Assembly: GCA_964106645.2 (NCBI GenBank)
Contig: OZ067043.1
Reading direction: 5' to 3' (one strand)
Origin: Podarcis pityusensis
Taxonomy: Eukaryota
Length of the DNA stretch: 64,000 nucleotides
Shown here: one piece after another, positions 1 through 54,321 of the stretch
Numbering within the stretch: position 1 is the first letter of the stretch
How the letters are laid out: each line of letters opens with the position of its first letter
The notes under the pieces: generated by a model
The model's database searches: none
Told to the model about the DNA's origin: nothing
The model's input: the letters and a program-made list of their open reading frames with translations, nothing else
Translations under genes and position numbers: made by a program

Positions 1-712
1 TGTTTATTAATTTTATGTTGGTCTACTCAGAGTAGGATTAGTACCTATACAGTTTGAAATCAAATAATATTTTTGAAAAGGAGGTAGGTTTCCATAGCTA
101 AGGTTATAGCCATTCCTTTTTTAAATAGTATAAAAATTCTGCCTGAGGTCTGAATGGCATAACTGTACAAACTAGAGCAGTAGTCTTCTACCTTTTCAGA
201 CCCGGGACCCACCTTGAAACCCATTTCTTCATATTTACCATTTGTTTGTATGGTGGTAGTGCTGCTGTTGTGACCCACGTATGATTAGGCTGGAACTCAG
301 TACTGGATCCTGACCCACCAGCAGTAGATCGTTGTACTTCAGAGATTTGAACTTGTTTCTATAACAGAAGTGTCCATATGGAAAACACATTTTGAAATGG
401 AGGAAATTTTCACAAATGATTTGTAATGTGCCATGGGTGTCTGCTGTTCAAAGAAGAAAGTTGGAAAATGCCACTAGGTACGCTCAAGTTCTTAGGCTTA
501 ACTAAAGTAGCCTATTGGACCATGGCCATTTAAGTGCAGCCTTGAAGTACCTGGTGAGGTTTGTTTCCCTGCCGTTAAGCATCTGTAGCAACTTTTGCAT
601 TGAACTGGTAACATACTGATAAGAAGTTCCCTGTATTTTCATATTTTATGTAGTTTTGAAATTGCTCAAAAGCACCTGCCTTTTATTTATTTATTGTATG
701 CTTTCTTTTCAG

Positions 713-784
713 ATATATGAAGGCACAGCTCAGATACAGAGACTGATTGTAGCTCGTGAACACATTGGCAGGTTTAAGGGTTGA
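713..784 (+). CDS. ACADM: Medium-chain acyl-CoA dehydrogenase, last coding exon (rest of gene lies upstream of the window)
   Basis: Polypyrimidine tract + AG at 711-712, then IYEGTAQIQRLIVAREHIGRFKG*, matching the ACADM C-terminus (human IYEGTSQIQRLIVAREHI...). Synteny with RABGGTB and MSH4. Confidence 0.95.
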   Translation: MYEGTAQIQRLIVAREHIGRFKG

Positions 785-872
785 GAACTTTTGAAGAGAG
801 ACAGGGCATGTATTAATCTGATGCTGCAAACATTTGTCTTTATTCTGGTATGCTCCTTTTAAGATTGAAAAA

Positions 873-878
873 AATAAA
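873..878 (+). terminator. Candidate polyadenylation signal for ACADM (a second AATAAA near 1590)
   Basis: AATAAA 89 nt after the stop codon; usage cannot be shown from sequence. Confidence 0.4.
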
Positions 879-3107
879 ATGGCCTCAAAGTAGTAGCATA
901 TCTGTTTCAGATCTTCAATATATGGGGAAAAAATTGTTTCCTTAATTATTGAAACTGTTAGCTAGAGACCTCTTGAAAAATTGGGATATTAGATACATGT
1001 TGGTGCATGTGGTTCTTTTTAGTTTGTTTTTTTAGTGGCTGCTTTTACTTTCACCTTACTCCATAGTTACTTGGTTATTCCTGTCCTCTGATCTTCTCAC
1101 AACATTTTTAAAGTGCCTCAAATTGAACTTGTGACACTGTATTGGATTAAGAAGTTCATACCAATACCGGCAGTTTAGGGTTCTTCTTTTCTATTTGCAA
1201 ATTATGTATTTTGGGAGTAGGGCCACTTAAGAATGTTTGTTTCTGTGCAATAAGAAGATTCTGGACTCACCATGTTATCATACCAATTATTACCAAATAT
1301 TGTACGCAAGGTAAGGTGTGAAATTATAATCACTATCAAGTCAGCTGTACTGCGACTGTATTTTAATTTGCCATTTCTCTATATAGCGTAGCTATGCAAA
1401 ACATCTGTGGAACAGCTGTAGTGTGGATTTTTTCAACAACATACAAAGAGCAATGTGAAACAAAGAAACAATGAACCTTACTTTTGAAATCAATGTGTAC
1501 CTCACACCATGCTACAGTGTGCCTCAGAACAAATTGCCTTGTCCTCAGAAAAGCCACATTGCTGTATATTGTATTAACTTCTATGAAAAAATAAAGATTT
1601 TTAATTTTATGACTTTGGAAACTGAAGAGTAGCAGTTTTGTAAACAACTTTGTATGTTGTTGTAAAACAAAACCTATGGTGCCTGTGTTGAACTTTTCAA
1701 TTATCTAAAGAGTATACATAATGGTTTTGGTGCCTTTAGCCTGATTATATCAACCTTACTAAACAAATGTTTTATTGCACTCAAATATGAAAAAAAGCCA
1801 TACAATGTATTTTTTTGTTCCAGTAATGTTTACAGGACTGTCATTATGTCAATTAGCTATAGTATCAACTAATTAAAAAAAATACTTGCCCTGAAACTCT
1901 GTTTTTCTTCTATAATCTGGGTATGAATTTTGGCATTGAAATGGAAAACAGCTCATTTGTGTTAGTATTAAATCTGTTCTAAGGTGTAATTAGAATACTG
2001 GTGTCCAATCTCTGCTTCAACTGTAGTGCAGTTCAGTTGATCTCCAATGCTGGAGTTTGCTGTGAAATGCTATCCGATAACTTTTCTCTTGCAACTAAAT
2101 GCATTTTTTATATTACTTGTTCTGGTGGTGGGAATTGTGTGCATTGAAATGCTCTTTTTAAAAAAATGACTGGTGCATTTGTGCACACTCTATAAATTAT
2201 CTCTTAGGTTGCACTTGCATCTTTGTTTAAAAAAGGCTCCTTGAAAGCTCTGCCATTTCAGGAAGCTAAAACACTCTTTGAATATGACACCTTGCCTGTA
2301 CTACTCTTGCCATTCCGACTAGCTATTTTGGACTTTTTCATCAAAGGCAATCTACTCTTGCAAATCATTTTAAAACATCTAACTTTTATAAGAAACCAAC
2401 ATCTATAATTTTGAGAGAGCGAAACACTTAAGTAAGAAAATGCATATTAGAATTATCTGTTTCAAAAGCTTCTTTCCTTTTTCTACATATTTATGCATAG
2501 GGCAAGTGTTCACAGGCAGTCAGGGTCCCTTCTTTAGTTCTGTCTTGCGACTTTTAACTTCCAGGGATGCCTTTGTGCTGCCCCAAGGAAACACTTCCAC
2601 GCCACGGCTCAGTGCAAACAGGCATCAAATTAGGAATAGTTTGGGTCATGATGGCACAATCCCCAAAGGTCAACTCCTTTCGTGTTTTTCTGATCGCGTG
2701 AATATGGGGCTTGATAGAGCCCGTGTCGTTCCTGTGGAAAGGAATTCACCCAGGACAAATGTCCCCATTCGTCTCCTTCCGCGTTCAATATCTACTGCAA
2801 AAAGCAATAAATAAATACTGAAAGCAATAAAAAGAGAAGCGGAGAAAACGCTAGTTACGGTTTCCAGCGGTGAAGAAACCTATTCAGGGGAGAGGGGGGA
2901 AAGCCTTGCCATTTTAAACGGCAAAAACCCTCCCCAAGGCTTTTAATAACGTGGGCCATAAGCAGCGCCTCATACATTTACGAACGTCACTGCAGGCATC
3001 ACAAGGACAGCTATACTGGGGGTCCTCGAGCCGGAAATGGCGTTCTCTTCCGGCCGAGGGGGCGCGTGCGCGCTGGGCGCAGGGCTGAGTCCCGCAGATG
3101 TGCCAAC

Positions 3108-13496
<10,389 letters not shown>

Positions 13497-13632
13497 GTTT
13501 TGATGTGCACAATTTTGCCATACTCAGCTGCTTTGAATTTTCTGTCAAAAGACATTTCTAAATGTGTTTACATGATAAATTACCACTTTACTGTAAGCAC
13601 TGTCATTTTGTATCTGGATTGTATCCAAAGTA

Positions 13633-13638
13633 AATAAA
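13633..13638 (+). terminator. Candidate polyadenylation signal for RABGGTB (distal alternative at 14178-14183)
   Basis: AATAAA followed by GT-rich sequence. Confidence 0.5.
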
Positions 13639-14604
13639 CTGAGTGTTACATGTGCTTGAGGTTCTCAATAACAGATGTAGACATATGTTTAAATGTATTT
13701 AAATATGTTTGCCTCCGGGCTCCATTCCAGTCATGCTACATCGAAATATACTGTACTAGACACAATAGAAGAATACTTGAATTGTGTGACTTGATATTTA
13801 TGACACAATCATTCACTCATCTTAGTGACAGCATGTACTGGACAGTGAATTGTCCTAAGCACTGTTTCTATCGAAAGAAATTAACTTGCTAATGCCAGTG
13901 ACACTTTATGCACTTGAGTTCCTGTTTAGGATCTGACTGCTACACTTTTTTATCCAATTTCAATCACGTGTTCTAGTTTTACATAACTAGAAATTTTATG
14001 GTACTTGGACAACTGCTTTCTACTAGTGACATTCAGTGAAGATTAATTACATTAACTTGTTTTGAACTAATGGCCTTGCTGAATTTTAGAATTTGTTCCT
14101 TTGCTCTAATGTATTTATTGTAACTGTGGCTTGAAGCCCAGTTTCAGTAGCACTTCAAATGGTTGTATATAGTCAAGAATAAAGCTATAGAAGAATATTA
14201 CTTTCTGCAGGATGAATTATCTGCTTCCACTGGAACTCTAGAGGTGCTTCCATTTCACATTTGTCACAATTGTGCATTTGTAACTTGGCTGAAATCTTCT
14301 GAGTATGAAATGGGATTCTGCTTCAAATAAATTAAAGCTAATTATGAAGTAACTACTTGAAGTACTAATGGTCCATTGGAGACAATGTTGTTTGTACTTT
14401 TCTTGTTGACAAGTCATTTTGTGAAAAATTGGTTTCCGACTGGTTATGACATTTGGGGCTTTCTGTTTAAGAAAAAGTAAGCAAGGGAGGCCACTGATGG
14501 AAGTGTACAAAATTATGCATTTTGTGAAGAAAGTGTACAAGAGTGGTGGTTGTCTCCCTTTCTAGCAGTAGTAGAACTTGAGGAAGGCCAAATAATTTCA
14601 CACA

Positions 14605-14895
14605 GTACATAGTTGAATTGTTGAAATCGCACCCACAAGATGTAGTGATGCCTGCTAACTTGGATAGCTTTAAAAGAGGATTAGACCAATTCATGGATGG
14701 AGTAAGGCTATATTCTGCTTCCACAATCTGAGGTAGTATGCTTTTGAATAGAGTTACTGTGGATTACAAGTGAGGAAAGTTGTAATGCTTTCAGGTGTGC
14801 TTGTGGGCGAAGAGGCACCTGTGCACCACGAGAGCAATACTGTGTTAGATGGACCTTTGGCTTTTATCCAGTTGGCTCTTAATTGAATATTATGG
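14605..14895 (+). mobile_element. Degraded CR1 LINE 3' fragment
   Basis: GATGTAGTGATG...TTGGATAGCTTTAAAAGAGGATTAGACCAATTCATGG resembles the CR1 ORF2 end/3' UTR; similar text at 20447-20507. Confidence 0.65.
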
Positions 14896-15393
14896 TTGCA
14901 TCCTTGGAACTGCATCCTTGGAATAGTGTACATCAGAACTGGAAATAGGGCAGGTTGTATCCAACAAAGTTGTTCAATTAGCACAAGCCTCCAATGAGGC
15001 TTTCTTTCCCTGTGCTCTCCCAAATCATCCTCATAGGATATCTCTCCTCTCACTTGCAGGCCCTCTAAAATTTCCAGAGAAGATGTAGGGTTGAGCAGGA
15101 TAAGAGAAAAGTCTTGTTGCACAAGGGGACATTAACACCTGTTACATTGGCTGCATCATTGATATTTTAGATTTGAAGTGAAAGCCAGACATTTTGGTAC
15201 TAATTACAGATAAAGGGCAGTGGTGCTAAAAATCTCTACATGTGTTGAAGAAATGAGAACCCCTTTGAGACACAATGTATCCTGGAGGGAAAAAAGAAAT
15301 GTTAAACCTGCTTTGAGGGCAGAAAGGCCAATGCTTATGACTGAAATACCTAACCACTATCTCTAATGCATATATACCATCCCTACTGCAGTA

Positions 15394-15608
15394 CAGTGGT
15401 ACCTCGGGTTAAGAACTTAATTCATTCTGGAGGTCTGTTCTTAACCTGAAACTCTTCTTAACCTGAGGTACCACTTTAGCTAATGGGGCCTCCTGCTGCC
15501 GCAGCACGATTTCTGTTCTCATCCTGGAGCAAAGTTCTTAACCTGAGGTACTATTTCTGGGTTAGCAGAGTCTGTAACCTGGAGCGTCTGTAACCCAAGG
15601 TACCACTA
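15394..15608. mobile_element. TcMar/Tigger-like MITE
   Basis: TIRs CAGTGGTACCTCGGGTTA / TAACCCAAGGTACCACT, TA flanks, internal TAACCTGA repeats. Confidence 0.8.
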
Positions 15609-16713
15609 TACAAAAATTTTCTCTCTTCATCGCAGCTTCTCCTTGGCTGGTTTGCTAGATCTTTAGCTGGAATTTATGCTAACGTTCTTCATAAACTCAA
15701 GCCCCTATCCTCATCCCCCCTGCATTTCTAACAGCGTCAGATTAGTATAAGGCTGCAAGCAAATACTGTAGTGTAAATTGGGTTTAAAGTGTATTTTGCT
15801 TGGTGAAACTGCGGGAAGTTCATGAAAGGGAAATTTCCTGGTCCTTTCCCTGCAGCCACTTGAGCCCCCCACCCCCAAATCTGGAAGATAGAACGATTTG
15901 TAGTGGGGCTGTTAGAAAAGCCAGCATAGGAAACCTGCACAAACTTGTGTTTTCAGTTTTCCCTAGCCACATTCTGCAGATAGTCATAAAGAAATTCCTC
16001 ACAAGTTTTTTGGGGGAGGGGGCTGCAGATAGGACGAGGGAATGGAAAATTACTTTGTGGGCCATTCCCTAAGTTGGGGACAGCCGACGTGCTGCCTTCC
16101 AAATGTTGGGCTACAGTTTCCACCATTTTTTTACTACTATGATGCATGCGTTGCCCTGTACCCTTCAGAACATAACGAGTTTTCTTCATACATAAAGGGA
16201 AGGCCGCATGCTGTTAGGCCTATGAGGCAGGAAGAAATGACAGTCGGTCAAAGGGAGAAGCAGGCGCTGCCGCACTTCACGAACCTCTAGCCGGCACTAA
16301 CGCAAAGCCATTGGGGTCACCCGCTGTCCCTGGGCGGCGCTGAAGCCTCGAGAGGGATGGACCGTACCACCTTAAACCTGCAAGCGGGGTGGAGGGGAAT
16401 CACATTATTATTATTTTGCAGTGCTCTCCATGTGGAGAGTGGTCGGGAAATCCCCTTAAAGAAGGAAACCAGAGTTGCGTGGATGTAGGTGAGGTGTACT
16501 CGGTGTCTTTACTGTCGTTGACCGTAACAACAACTACCAATGTTCCCCTCCCCTCCCTCTGTTGGCTGAAATGGATCAGCTCGTTCAACCGTTTTTCCCG
16601 CCGTGCGGATTCCTGGCTCTATGCGAGCCGGGGGCTGGGGGAATAAACCCACGAAGGCTTCGAGGCTGCTGCTTCTGGCTTCAGGGTGGGGAGACGTTTG
16701 AACAAGCGTTCAG

Positions 16714-47280
<30,567 letters not shown>

Positions 47281-49287
47281 TTTATACTATAGTCTGAAGC
47301 ACTAATATAGGTAGAGCCTGAAAATATATATATTTTTTTAAAAAGGCATGATAGTTCTGGAGCATTCTGTCTTTCTGGTTTGCATGCACCAATTTTGCAG
47401 CAGCAAAACCAGATACATGAACAGAAACAGTATAATTCTAGAACTTTTAAATTATTATTCTTCATTTCAAAACATTAATTTCCACAGAAATATATTTAAA
47501 ATAAGTTGTTTATAAAAGCTTTTAAAATATGATTAAATTGTTTTTTATTCTATATTATTTCATTTGTCATATCTATGATATCCCTTCATATAAGTTTTAT
47601 TGTTGGAATCTCTAGATGTGTTGGTTTGATAAGCTGACTTCTGGGTTGTTTCTGCTTCTTTATGGTGTTTTCTTGTGCAGTGGACAACACTATTATAGTA
47701 ATTGCAAGTATTTATTGTAATATTGATGGCTGCACTGACATTCTACATCATGTTACTAGTAAAAAAAAGGATTGAGCACTTTCTTTAATGATCTAGTATT
47801 TGACCATACTAAGAGCTCCATCATTCTGCATAGAACAGCTCTTATGCATATATAATCCCATTTCAGCAGAAAAGAGTGATCTGTTCTGTTTTCTCCTGCA
47901 CTTCATTGTACCTAATGTTGCCTAACAGTATAGAGTTCCTTTTAAAAACCATCCACTTTAAAGGAATTTGAGGGTATATATTGAACAGTGGGTTTTTTCC
48001 TAGAAAAAAAAGTGCCTGTACTCACCAGGAAGCAGGGAGAGGGCCCAGCACATGAGGGAGGGGTGTGGCCTGAGGCCAAGGCTGGGTGGTGAGGAAGGGT
48101 TAGCTGCTTAATGATCCCTCGCCTGCCCACCCACCTACCGGGGCACTGCCTCCCAGGTGAAGAGGCTTCCCCTGCCCAGCTTTGGCAGCAAGGCTTCAGT
48201 ATTGTGTCAGAGCATTGCACCTCCTTCCCTAAGCAGGGCAAACGCTTCCCAGGCTTGGAGAAAGCGACATGGTGTGTTGACAGGGTCTGAGAGCCCTCCC
48301 ACCTCTCCCCCCCCCAAAAAAAGTACTTCATACTGTTGCGTACTGCCAGAAAAAAAAGCACTGATGTTGAGACTGATGTCTCTTGAATGGAGAATACTTA
48401 TAGATATGGTGTGCATTTACATGAAGGCATGGAAAATGAGCTCAGATTGACAGTATAAACTGGATATTTCATACAGTAGTTTGTCAATATGCGTAGTTCC
48501 CAAGTGAATTTGGAAGATGTAAATTTATCTGAGGAACTACATTCATTGCCACTCAATATACATGGTCACTAAGTGAAGACTATGCATAATGTTTGAGTGA
48601 TATATAATATTCTGTTTGTTCATGTCCGTTTTTACACATTCTTCATATCTTCTGCTTATTTCTAATTTCTGGTGTTTGTACAGTACATTCAACATAAATT
48701 TCCCAAAACATACATATTGCATTAAATGTTTATTTGTTTTGTTTTGTTTTGAAAACTTCTATCATATTAGATGGCCCTGAGAGGCTCTCAAAGCAATTTG
48801 CAAAAGATTCCCACAATATAAATCACATTCAACTCTGGCATCAAGAACAGAAATAACATGGTACCGCTGTGGTGTCAGAATTTTTCAACTTTCATTTCCT
48901 GCCCTTCCCTAGTATTGCCTGTCAGCCTCTGTCTACCAGGCAACAGTCTGACTTATGTTCTCTGAAGCCAGAGCATGAGGCTAAGCAGCTAGATCTCACT
49001 CAATTTGAGGGGGTAAATCTTCCCTGGGTGGTGGTTGCTAGGCAACAGCTTTCGCTAATGTCCTCTTAGCCAAGGGAGTCCTGTAATATTTTCTGTTCTT
49101 TCTTTGTATACCTCCAGAGAGAACTAAAATTCCTGGTTTGTCAAATCTCTCATTGTCCTGGCATAACCCATCAAACCCATTTTGGGCAGGGGTTGTTCTA
49201 CCAGGCAAATAAGTGCTGCCTGTAAGTGGGCACGTGGTCTTCTTTGGGTGGGGATATGTCTTCCGGTGGGGGTACTATACCAGGAGG

Positions 49288-49659
49288 GGGATGTGGGTGG
49301 TAGTGTGGTCTAAACCACTGGGCCTCTTGAGCTTGCTGATTGGAAGGTCAGCGGTTTGAATCCGCGTAATGGGGTGAGCTCCCATTGCTCTGTCCGAGCT
49401 TCTGCCAACCCAGCAGATCAAAAGCACACCAGTGCAAGTAGATAAATAGGTACCGCTGCGGTGAGAAGGTAAATGGCATTTCCGTGCACTCTAGCCTTCG
49501 TCAGTGTTCTGTTGCACCAGAAGTGATGTAGTCATGCTGGCCACATGACCTTGAAAGCTGTCTGTGGCCACTCTCTTGGCCTGAAGCAAGATGAGTTCTG
49601 CACCCCATCATTTTCTTTCACTGGACTTAACCGTCCAGGGGTCCTTTACCTTTACCTTT
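49288..49659 (+). mobile_element. Full-length Sauria SINE
   Basis: Same head and core as the 36098 copy, (ACCTTT)n tail, imperfect TSD TATACCAG(G/A)AG at 49276 and 49660. Confidence 0.9.
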
Positions 49660-50139
49660 TATACCAGAAGAGCCGTTGTGCTATATTACATAAACCCCTC
49701 CAGCTTGGTAGATCTGGAGTTTGATTGCACAGTATGTCAATAAATCTAAACAGGATTACACAACCTTTTTTCAATCACAGTAAAATATTTACGCAATGCA
49801 TCCATTTTAGTCATTATGGATGCAAATGTTTATTACTGGTGTTCTTATAAGTATAGTTTAATTTTGATATTGAGGACAGAGAGATTCTAACAGATAGATT
49901 TAACTACATCCTTTTGAACACATTGATTAGATGAGTATTCTCTTCACTTCTATAAACATGATGAAAGCAATTAAATGTAATATTTACCATTAGCTCCATA
50001 TTTGTGGTAATTAAATCTACTTGTTACAATTCATTCTTGACAATCATGTGAACATAACATTTGGCAATCCTATTTCCCCTAAGAATAAAAATTGCTTCTT
50101 GATTTGATGGGCCCTAAATAATACAGTGCATATATCTTT

Positions 50140-50380
50140 GCCATAAGAAGCGCCCTGCTGGGTCTGATCAAGGGCTTATCTACTTCAGCATCCTGTTCCA
50201 CTGAATTCCCAAGCAAAATTCATTCATTCAGCATTTTTTTACACACCTTTCAGGGCCACAGTGCCCCTGAGAAGCCAACAAGCAGGACAGGTGGACAGAG
50301 TTGTTTTCCACTATTCCCCAGCAACTGATATTCAGAAGATGTTACCTCTGATCCTGGAGATAGCATAGCAGTCACTGGTA
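50140..50380 (-). mobile_element. CR1 3' UTR fragment
   Basis: CATAAGAAGCGCCCTGCTGG...ATCTACTTCAGCATCCTGTTC, same tail type as at 19390 and 20730. Confidence 0.55.
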
Positions 50381-50992
50381 CTCTTATTTTCCCACTTGCT
50401 AGCATATATTTTTGTGCTTCACTTTTGACCTTAAATTTCAAGGTGACATTTTAAAAGCAATTTTTAAAACAAAGCATTATTAGCCTTTCCAACAGCTCAG
50501 GGCTGCTACAGTGATGAGGACAGGGAAGAAATTTCATTGTTTCTGCATTTTAATAGGGTTGTGACCATGAATCAGATGCTTCCTAAATAGATCAAACAAA
50601 TCCCTGTCTTAAGCAATGACTTGATGGGGCATTATAAGAACAAGGCAATGAAATCTAATAATGCTATCCTTCCAACTGACATTGGAACGTTCTCATTTGC
50701 TATTAAGCTGCTGCGTGATAGTGAATTGTCTTGTACTACTAAACATAAGTGATTGTGTTATTAGCATGCAGAAGGATGTAAATTGTTTAGGATTATCTTT
50801 AAAAGCCCAGAATTTCAATTGGCTCATTATCGGTCTGCTTATTTCATGCTTGCTTCTATTACAAATTAAGAGACTCTAGACAACCTGTTTTTCCCTCCTG
50901 CCCCATTTATAAACCAGTATTTATTTTCCTGGTATAGTGCAGTGTAAATAAATAATGGGTTCAAGCAGAGAAAATGGAAGTGTGAGACCTAC

Positions 50993-51031
<39 letters not shown>
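50993..51031. repeat. (AAT)n microsatellite, about 13 units
   Basis: Directly visible. Confidence 0.95.
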
Positions 51032-51033
<2 letters not shown>

Positions 51034-51794
51034 GCAGAGAGAGGTTTTCCTGAGTTCCATTTGGCTGTCTCTTAATTATGCTAAGGTTAGAAACAGGAAG
51101 ACAAAACTCCCCCCCCCCAAAAAAAATATAAAATTAAAATGGATTTTGGAATTTTTGTTGGCCCTATTAATATGGTATTACCCTAAAATGGATTATGGAG
51201 GTAAATCCCCCTACAAAATCCCCTAGACCTGTTTGTCTAGAATTTGATGGAATTAATACACCATGGAAGGAATCCTATTTCATCCACTTGGGCCCAAAGG
51301 AGAAAATGTTATGGCCATTTATAGACTCCAAGTGAATGCGGAACACAACACTTTGTTTTATGTTGAAGACCTTAGAACAGAGCAAAGTGTAGAGTGCACT
51401 GAGCAACTCAGAAACAAACCAGAATGTTAAAAAATGCAGTTACAAGGCAAATCTTAGGGCATGTACACACCCATAATATATAGCTCCTGTCTAGCACTTT
51501 GTATTATCCACCACAGTGTCCTAATGAACATGCCTGGTTTAACCAGGGTATAATAATACAGACACTCTTCTGAAATGAGCTTGATTGTATGAAGGCTGCA
51601 TGTTTCATGAGAGTTTCATTCAGTATATTGCATTATTACATTTAGTTCTTTCATGTCTCCCAAAATGTGGTCAGCAGTGTCAAAACTGACAGTGACATCT
51701 GCCATGTGCTGGGTATATGATTCTAATGTAATGATTGGAATGGCGTGTATAACCCCAGGATGCAAAAATCCACCCATAGGTATTTCATATTTCA

Positions 51795-52230
51795 TACCTA
51801 CGGGACCGCCTCTCCTGGTATGCCCCACGGAGGACCTTAAAGTCCATATATAGCAACACCCTAGAGGTCCCGGGCCCTAAGGAAGTTAGATTAGCCTCAA
51901 CCAGAGCCAGGGCCTTCTCAACACTGGCTCCGGCCTGGTGGAACACTCTGTCTCATGAGACCAGGGCCCTGCGGGATCTGATTTCTTTCCGCAGGTCCTA
52001 TAAGACAGAGTTGTTCCACCTGGCCTTTGGCTTAGAATCAGTTTGATTCCCTCCCCCTCTTTCTTTTTCCTTTCTCCTCCTGTGAAGAGGCTGCATCCTA
52101 ATGTTTTAATGTTGTATTTTAATCTTTTTTAAAATTGTATTTTAATCAATTTGTTTTTATTATTGGTTGTTAGCCGCCCTGAGCCTGGTCTTGGCTGGGG
52201 AGGGCGGAGTATAAATAAAAATTTATTTAT
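51795..52230 (+). mobile_element. L2-clade LINE 3' end (5'-truncated)
   Basis: Open frame 51795-52046 YLRDRLSWYAPRRTL...RARAFSTLAPAWWNTL...FRRSYKTELF typical of the L2 ORF2 C-terminus; 3' stem GCCGCCCTGAG...AGGGCGG and AT-rich tail. Confidence 0.8.
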
Positions 52231-54179
52231 ATAAAGCATTCACAGTTCTCAGTCCCACTGGGAATCTCTACACACAAACTTTCATGTGCACGACTATTCC
52301 CTTTAACTGATGGTGTATGTGTGCACATACAATGTTTCATGTTTTGCTTCTTTGTCCTAAAAAGGCAGGTGGCACAGCTATCTAAAACATTTGCCACACA
52401 ACAAAATAGTATTTTGCCCTGAATGCCTAATACTAAAACTTGCAATATATTTTTAACGCTGACTCAAAGAAAAATAGGTTTACTTGCAATACATTTTTTG
52501 TTTCTCAAGTGTGTGGTTAAAAACAAAGTGTAACAGAATGGATTTCTGCATTTCATAGTCATGGATGGAAGCACATAGATACACCCAGGTATAGCACATA
52601 AAGAAAACTGGACGTTTTAATGAAATCTGACAATTTGACCTGCTCAGAGCAAGTTGTTGCCTTGTTGCTTAGAATTCTGTTTATCTCTTCAAAAGAAAAT
52701 TGCCTTGACAAATGCTATCCAGGTGCTTCCTGATTACAGGGATACAATTATCCAAGGGACAAACGATTTCACTACCATCTCCTGTTACAAAAGGATTATA
52801 TTACTTTTGACAGAGAATCTATTCCATGTACCTTGTGCCCAGTGAGGTCATTAAAAAATTGCAAGGTCACCAAACAATGAAAAATTGACTGTCCCAGTTG
52901 ACTTTTTTATATGTTCAAGTAACACAGTATTGTCAGAAGAAATGATAATCAAATTTTAATGTCTTTGTCCTCCAAATATCTTTCAAGGCTGTCTTGCGAT
53001 GTAAGAGAGGGTCAAAAGCATGTAAAGATGTAACCATGGTTTACTACTTTCATAAAGCCCTGAAAAGAGTACCGGTAATCATTACTCCTAGATACTTACT
53101 AAAGGGAGCTAGATTACTGTAAAAGAGGTTCTTTATTACTAGGTTTAGGCCATCATTCCCAAAGTGAATGCTTCCTATCTGCAGCACCCAATCCCCACTG
53201 AAAAGCTAAATTGCTCTTGGAAGGGTGTGAGAAATTAGAGAGTCCCCTGAATGAGCAGATATGTTCTGTTAGAAGAGCAGTTTAAAAACAAAAAACCCAG
53301 GTAATTGATTTTATGTATGATTCCAAGTAATAAAGCGGCCAATGAATTCAAGTCCCTCCCTCCGCTGATCAGCTCTCTGAAACTTATTCATTTACTGACC
53401 GTGAATCCTGTGCATACTGACTCAGAAGCAAGTCCCACTGGGTTCAAAAGGGTTACAGGTATATAGGAATATAGCCACAATATACATTTTGCAAAAACCA
53501 TGGTATGGATGGCAGAAAGATAAAGAACAGCTTCTTTTAAAATGTGTGGTGGCTATAACCTTGTTTATCTTGTTTATTGGAAAAGTCACCTTTAAGTCAT
53601 CTTTTCATCAACTTTGGGAATACAAAATATTACAAAAAACATACTGGATGCAAAAGGCCTTCGGAAATAAACACATTCATCATTATTGCTAAAAATCCAG
53701 ATTTATCACCTTGCCTGGAGTTTTGTGTTGTTTGAAAAGCAATTCTAACTTAACTTTTATTCATCTGCTGGTTTTGGATATAACATGAAGGGGAAAATCC
53801 AACCTAAGTGTCCTTTTAATCATAGCCCCAAAATTCAACACTTTCTAACGCAAATTGTGAGATCCAGTTTTCCTCTCCACAAGAAAGCTTTCCTGTGGGC
53901 TCCATCTCTGGGCTTCGGACTGAGGGTTTCTGGTTCCAGGAGTGGCTCAGCCTGTGGGATGCAGCCGGTAGCATTAGCATCCCTGCAATGGCTTCCCTGC
54001 TGCTTATTGGGAGCATAGCTGTCAACATTTCCCCCTTTTTTAAGGGAAATTCCCTTATTGCGAATAGGATTTCTCGCAAGAAAAGGGAAAAGTTGACAGC
54101 TATGATTGGGAGGGATGAGATGACTGTAAGGCGCACTGGTGGGAGCATTGTGTTGGCTCCACTGGTGGAACTGGACATT

Positions 54180-54321
54180 CACAGACTCACAGAAATGTAG
54201 AGTTGGAAGGAACCTCAAGGGTCATCTAGCCCAACCCCCTGCAATGCAGGAATCTTTTGCTCAACGTGGGGATTGAACCCATGACCCTGTGATTAAGAAT
54301 CTCATGCTCTACCAACTGAGC
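54180..54321 (-). mobile_element. tRNA-Lys(CTT)-derived SINE with CR1-type tail (Squam3-like)
   Basis: Minus strand reads GCTCAGTTGGTAGAGCATGAGATTCTTAATCACAGGGTCATGGGTTCAATCCCCACGTTG fused to ...CTAGATGACC...CCTTCCAACTCTAC tail; a tail-related piece sits at 34166-34222. Confidence 0.8.

Noticed and set aside
54250-54321. Apparent tRNA-Lys(CTT) gene on the minus strand
   Set aside because: It lacks the 5' acceptor strand, has stem mismatches and runs directly into a CR1-type tail, so it is a SINE head.
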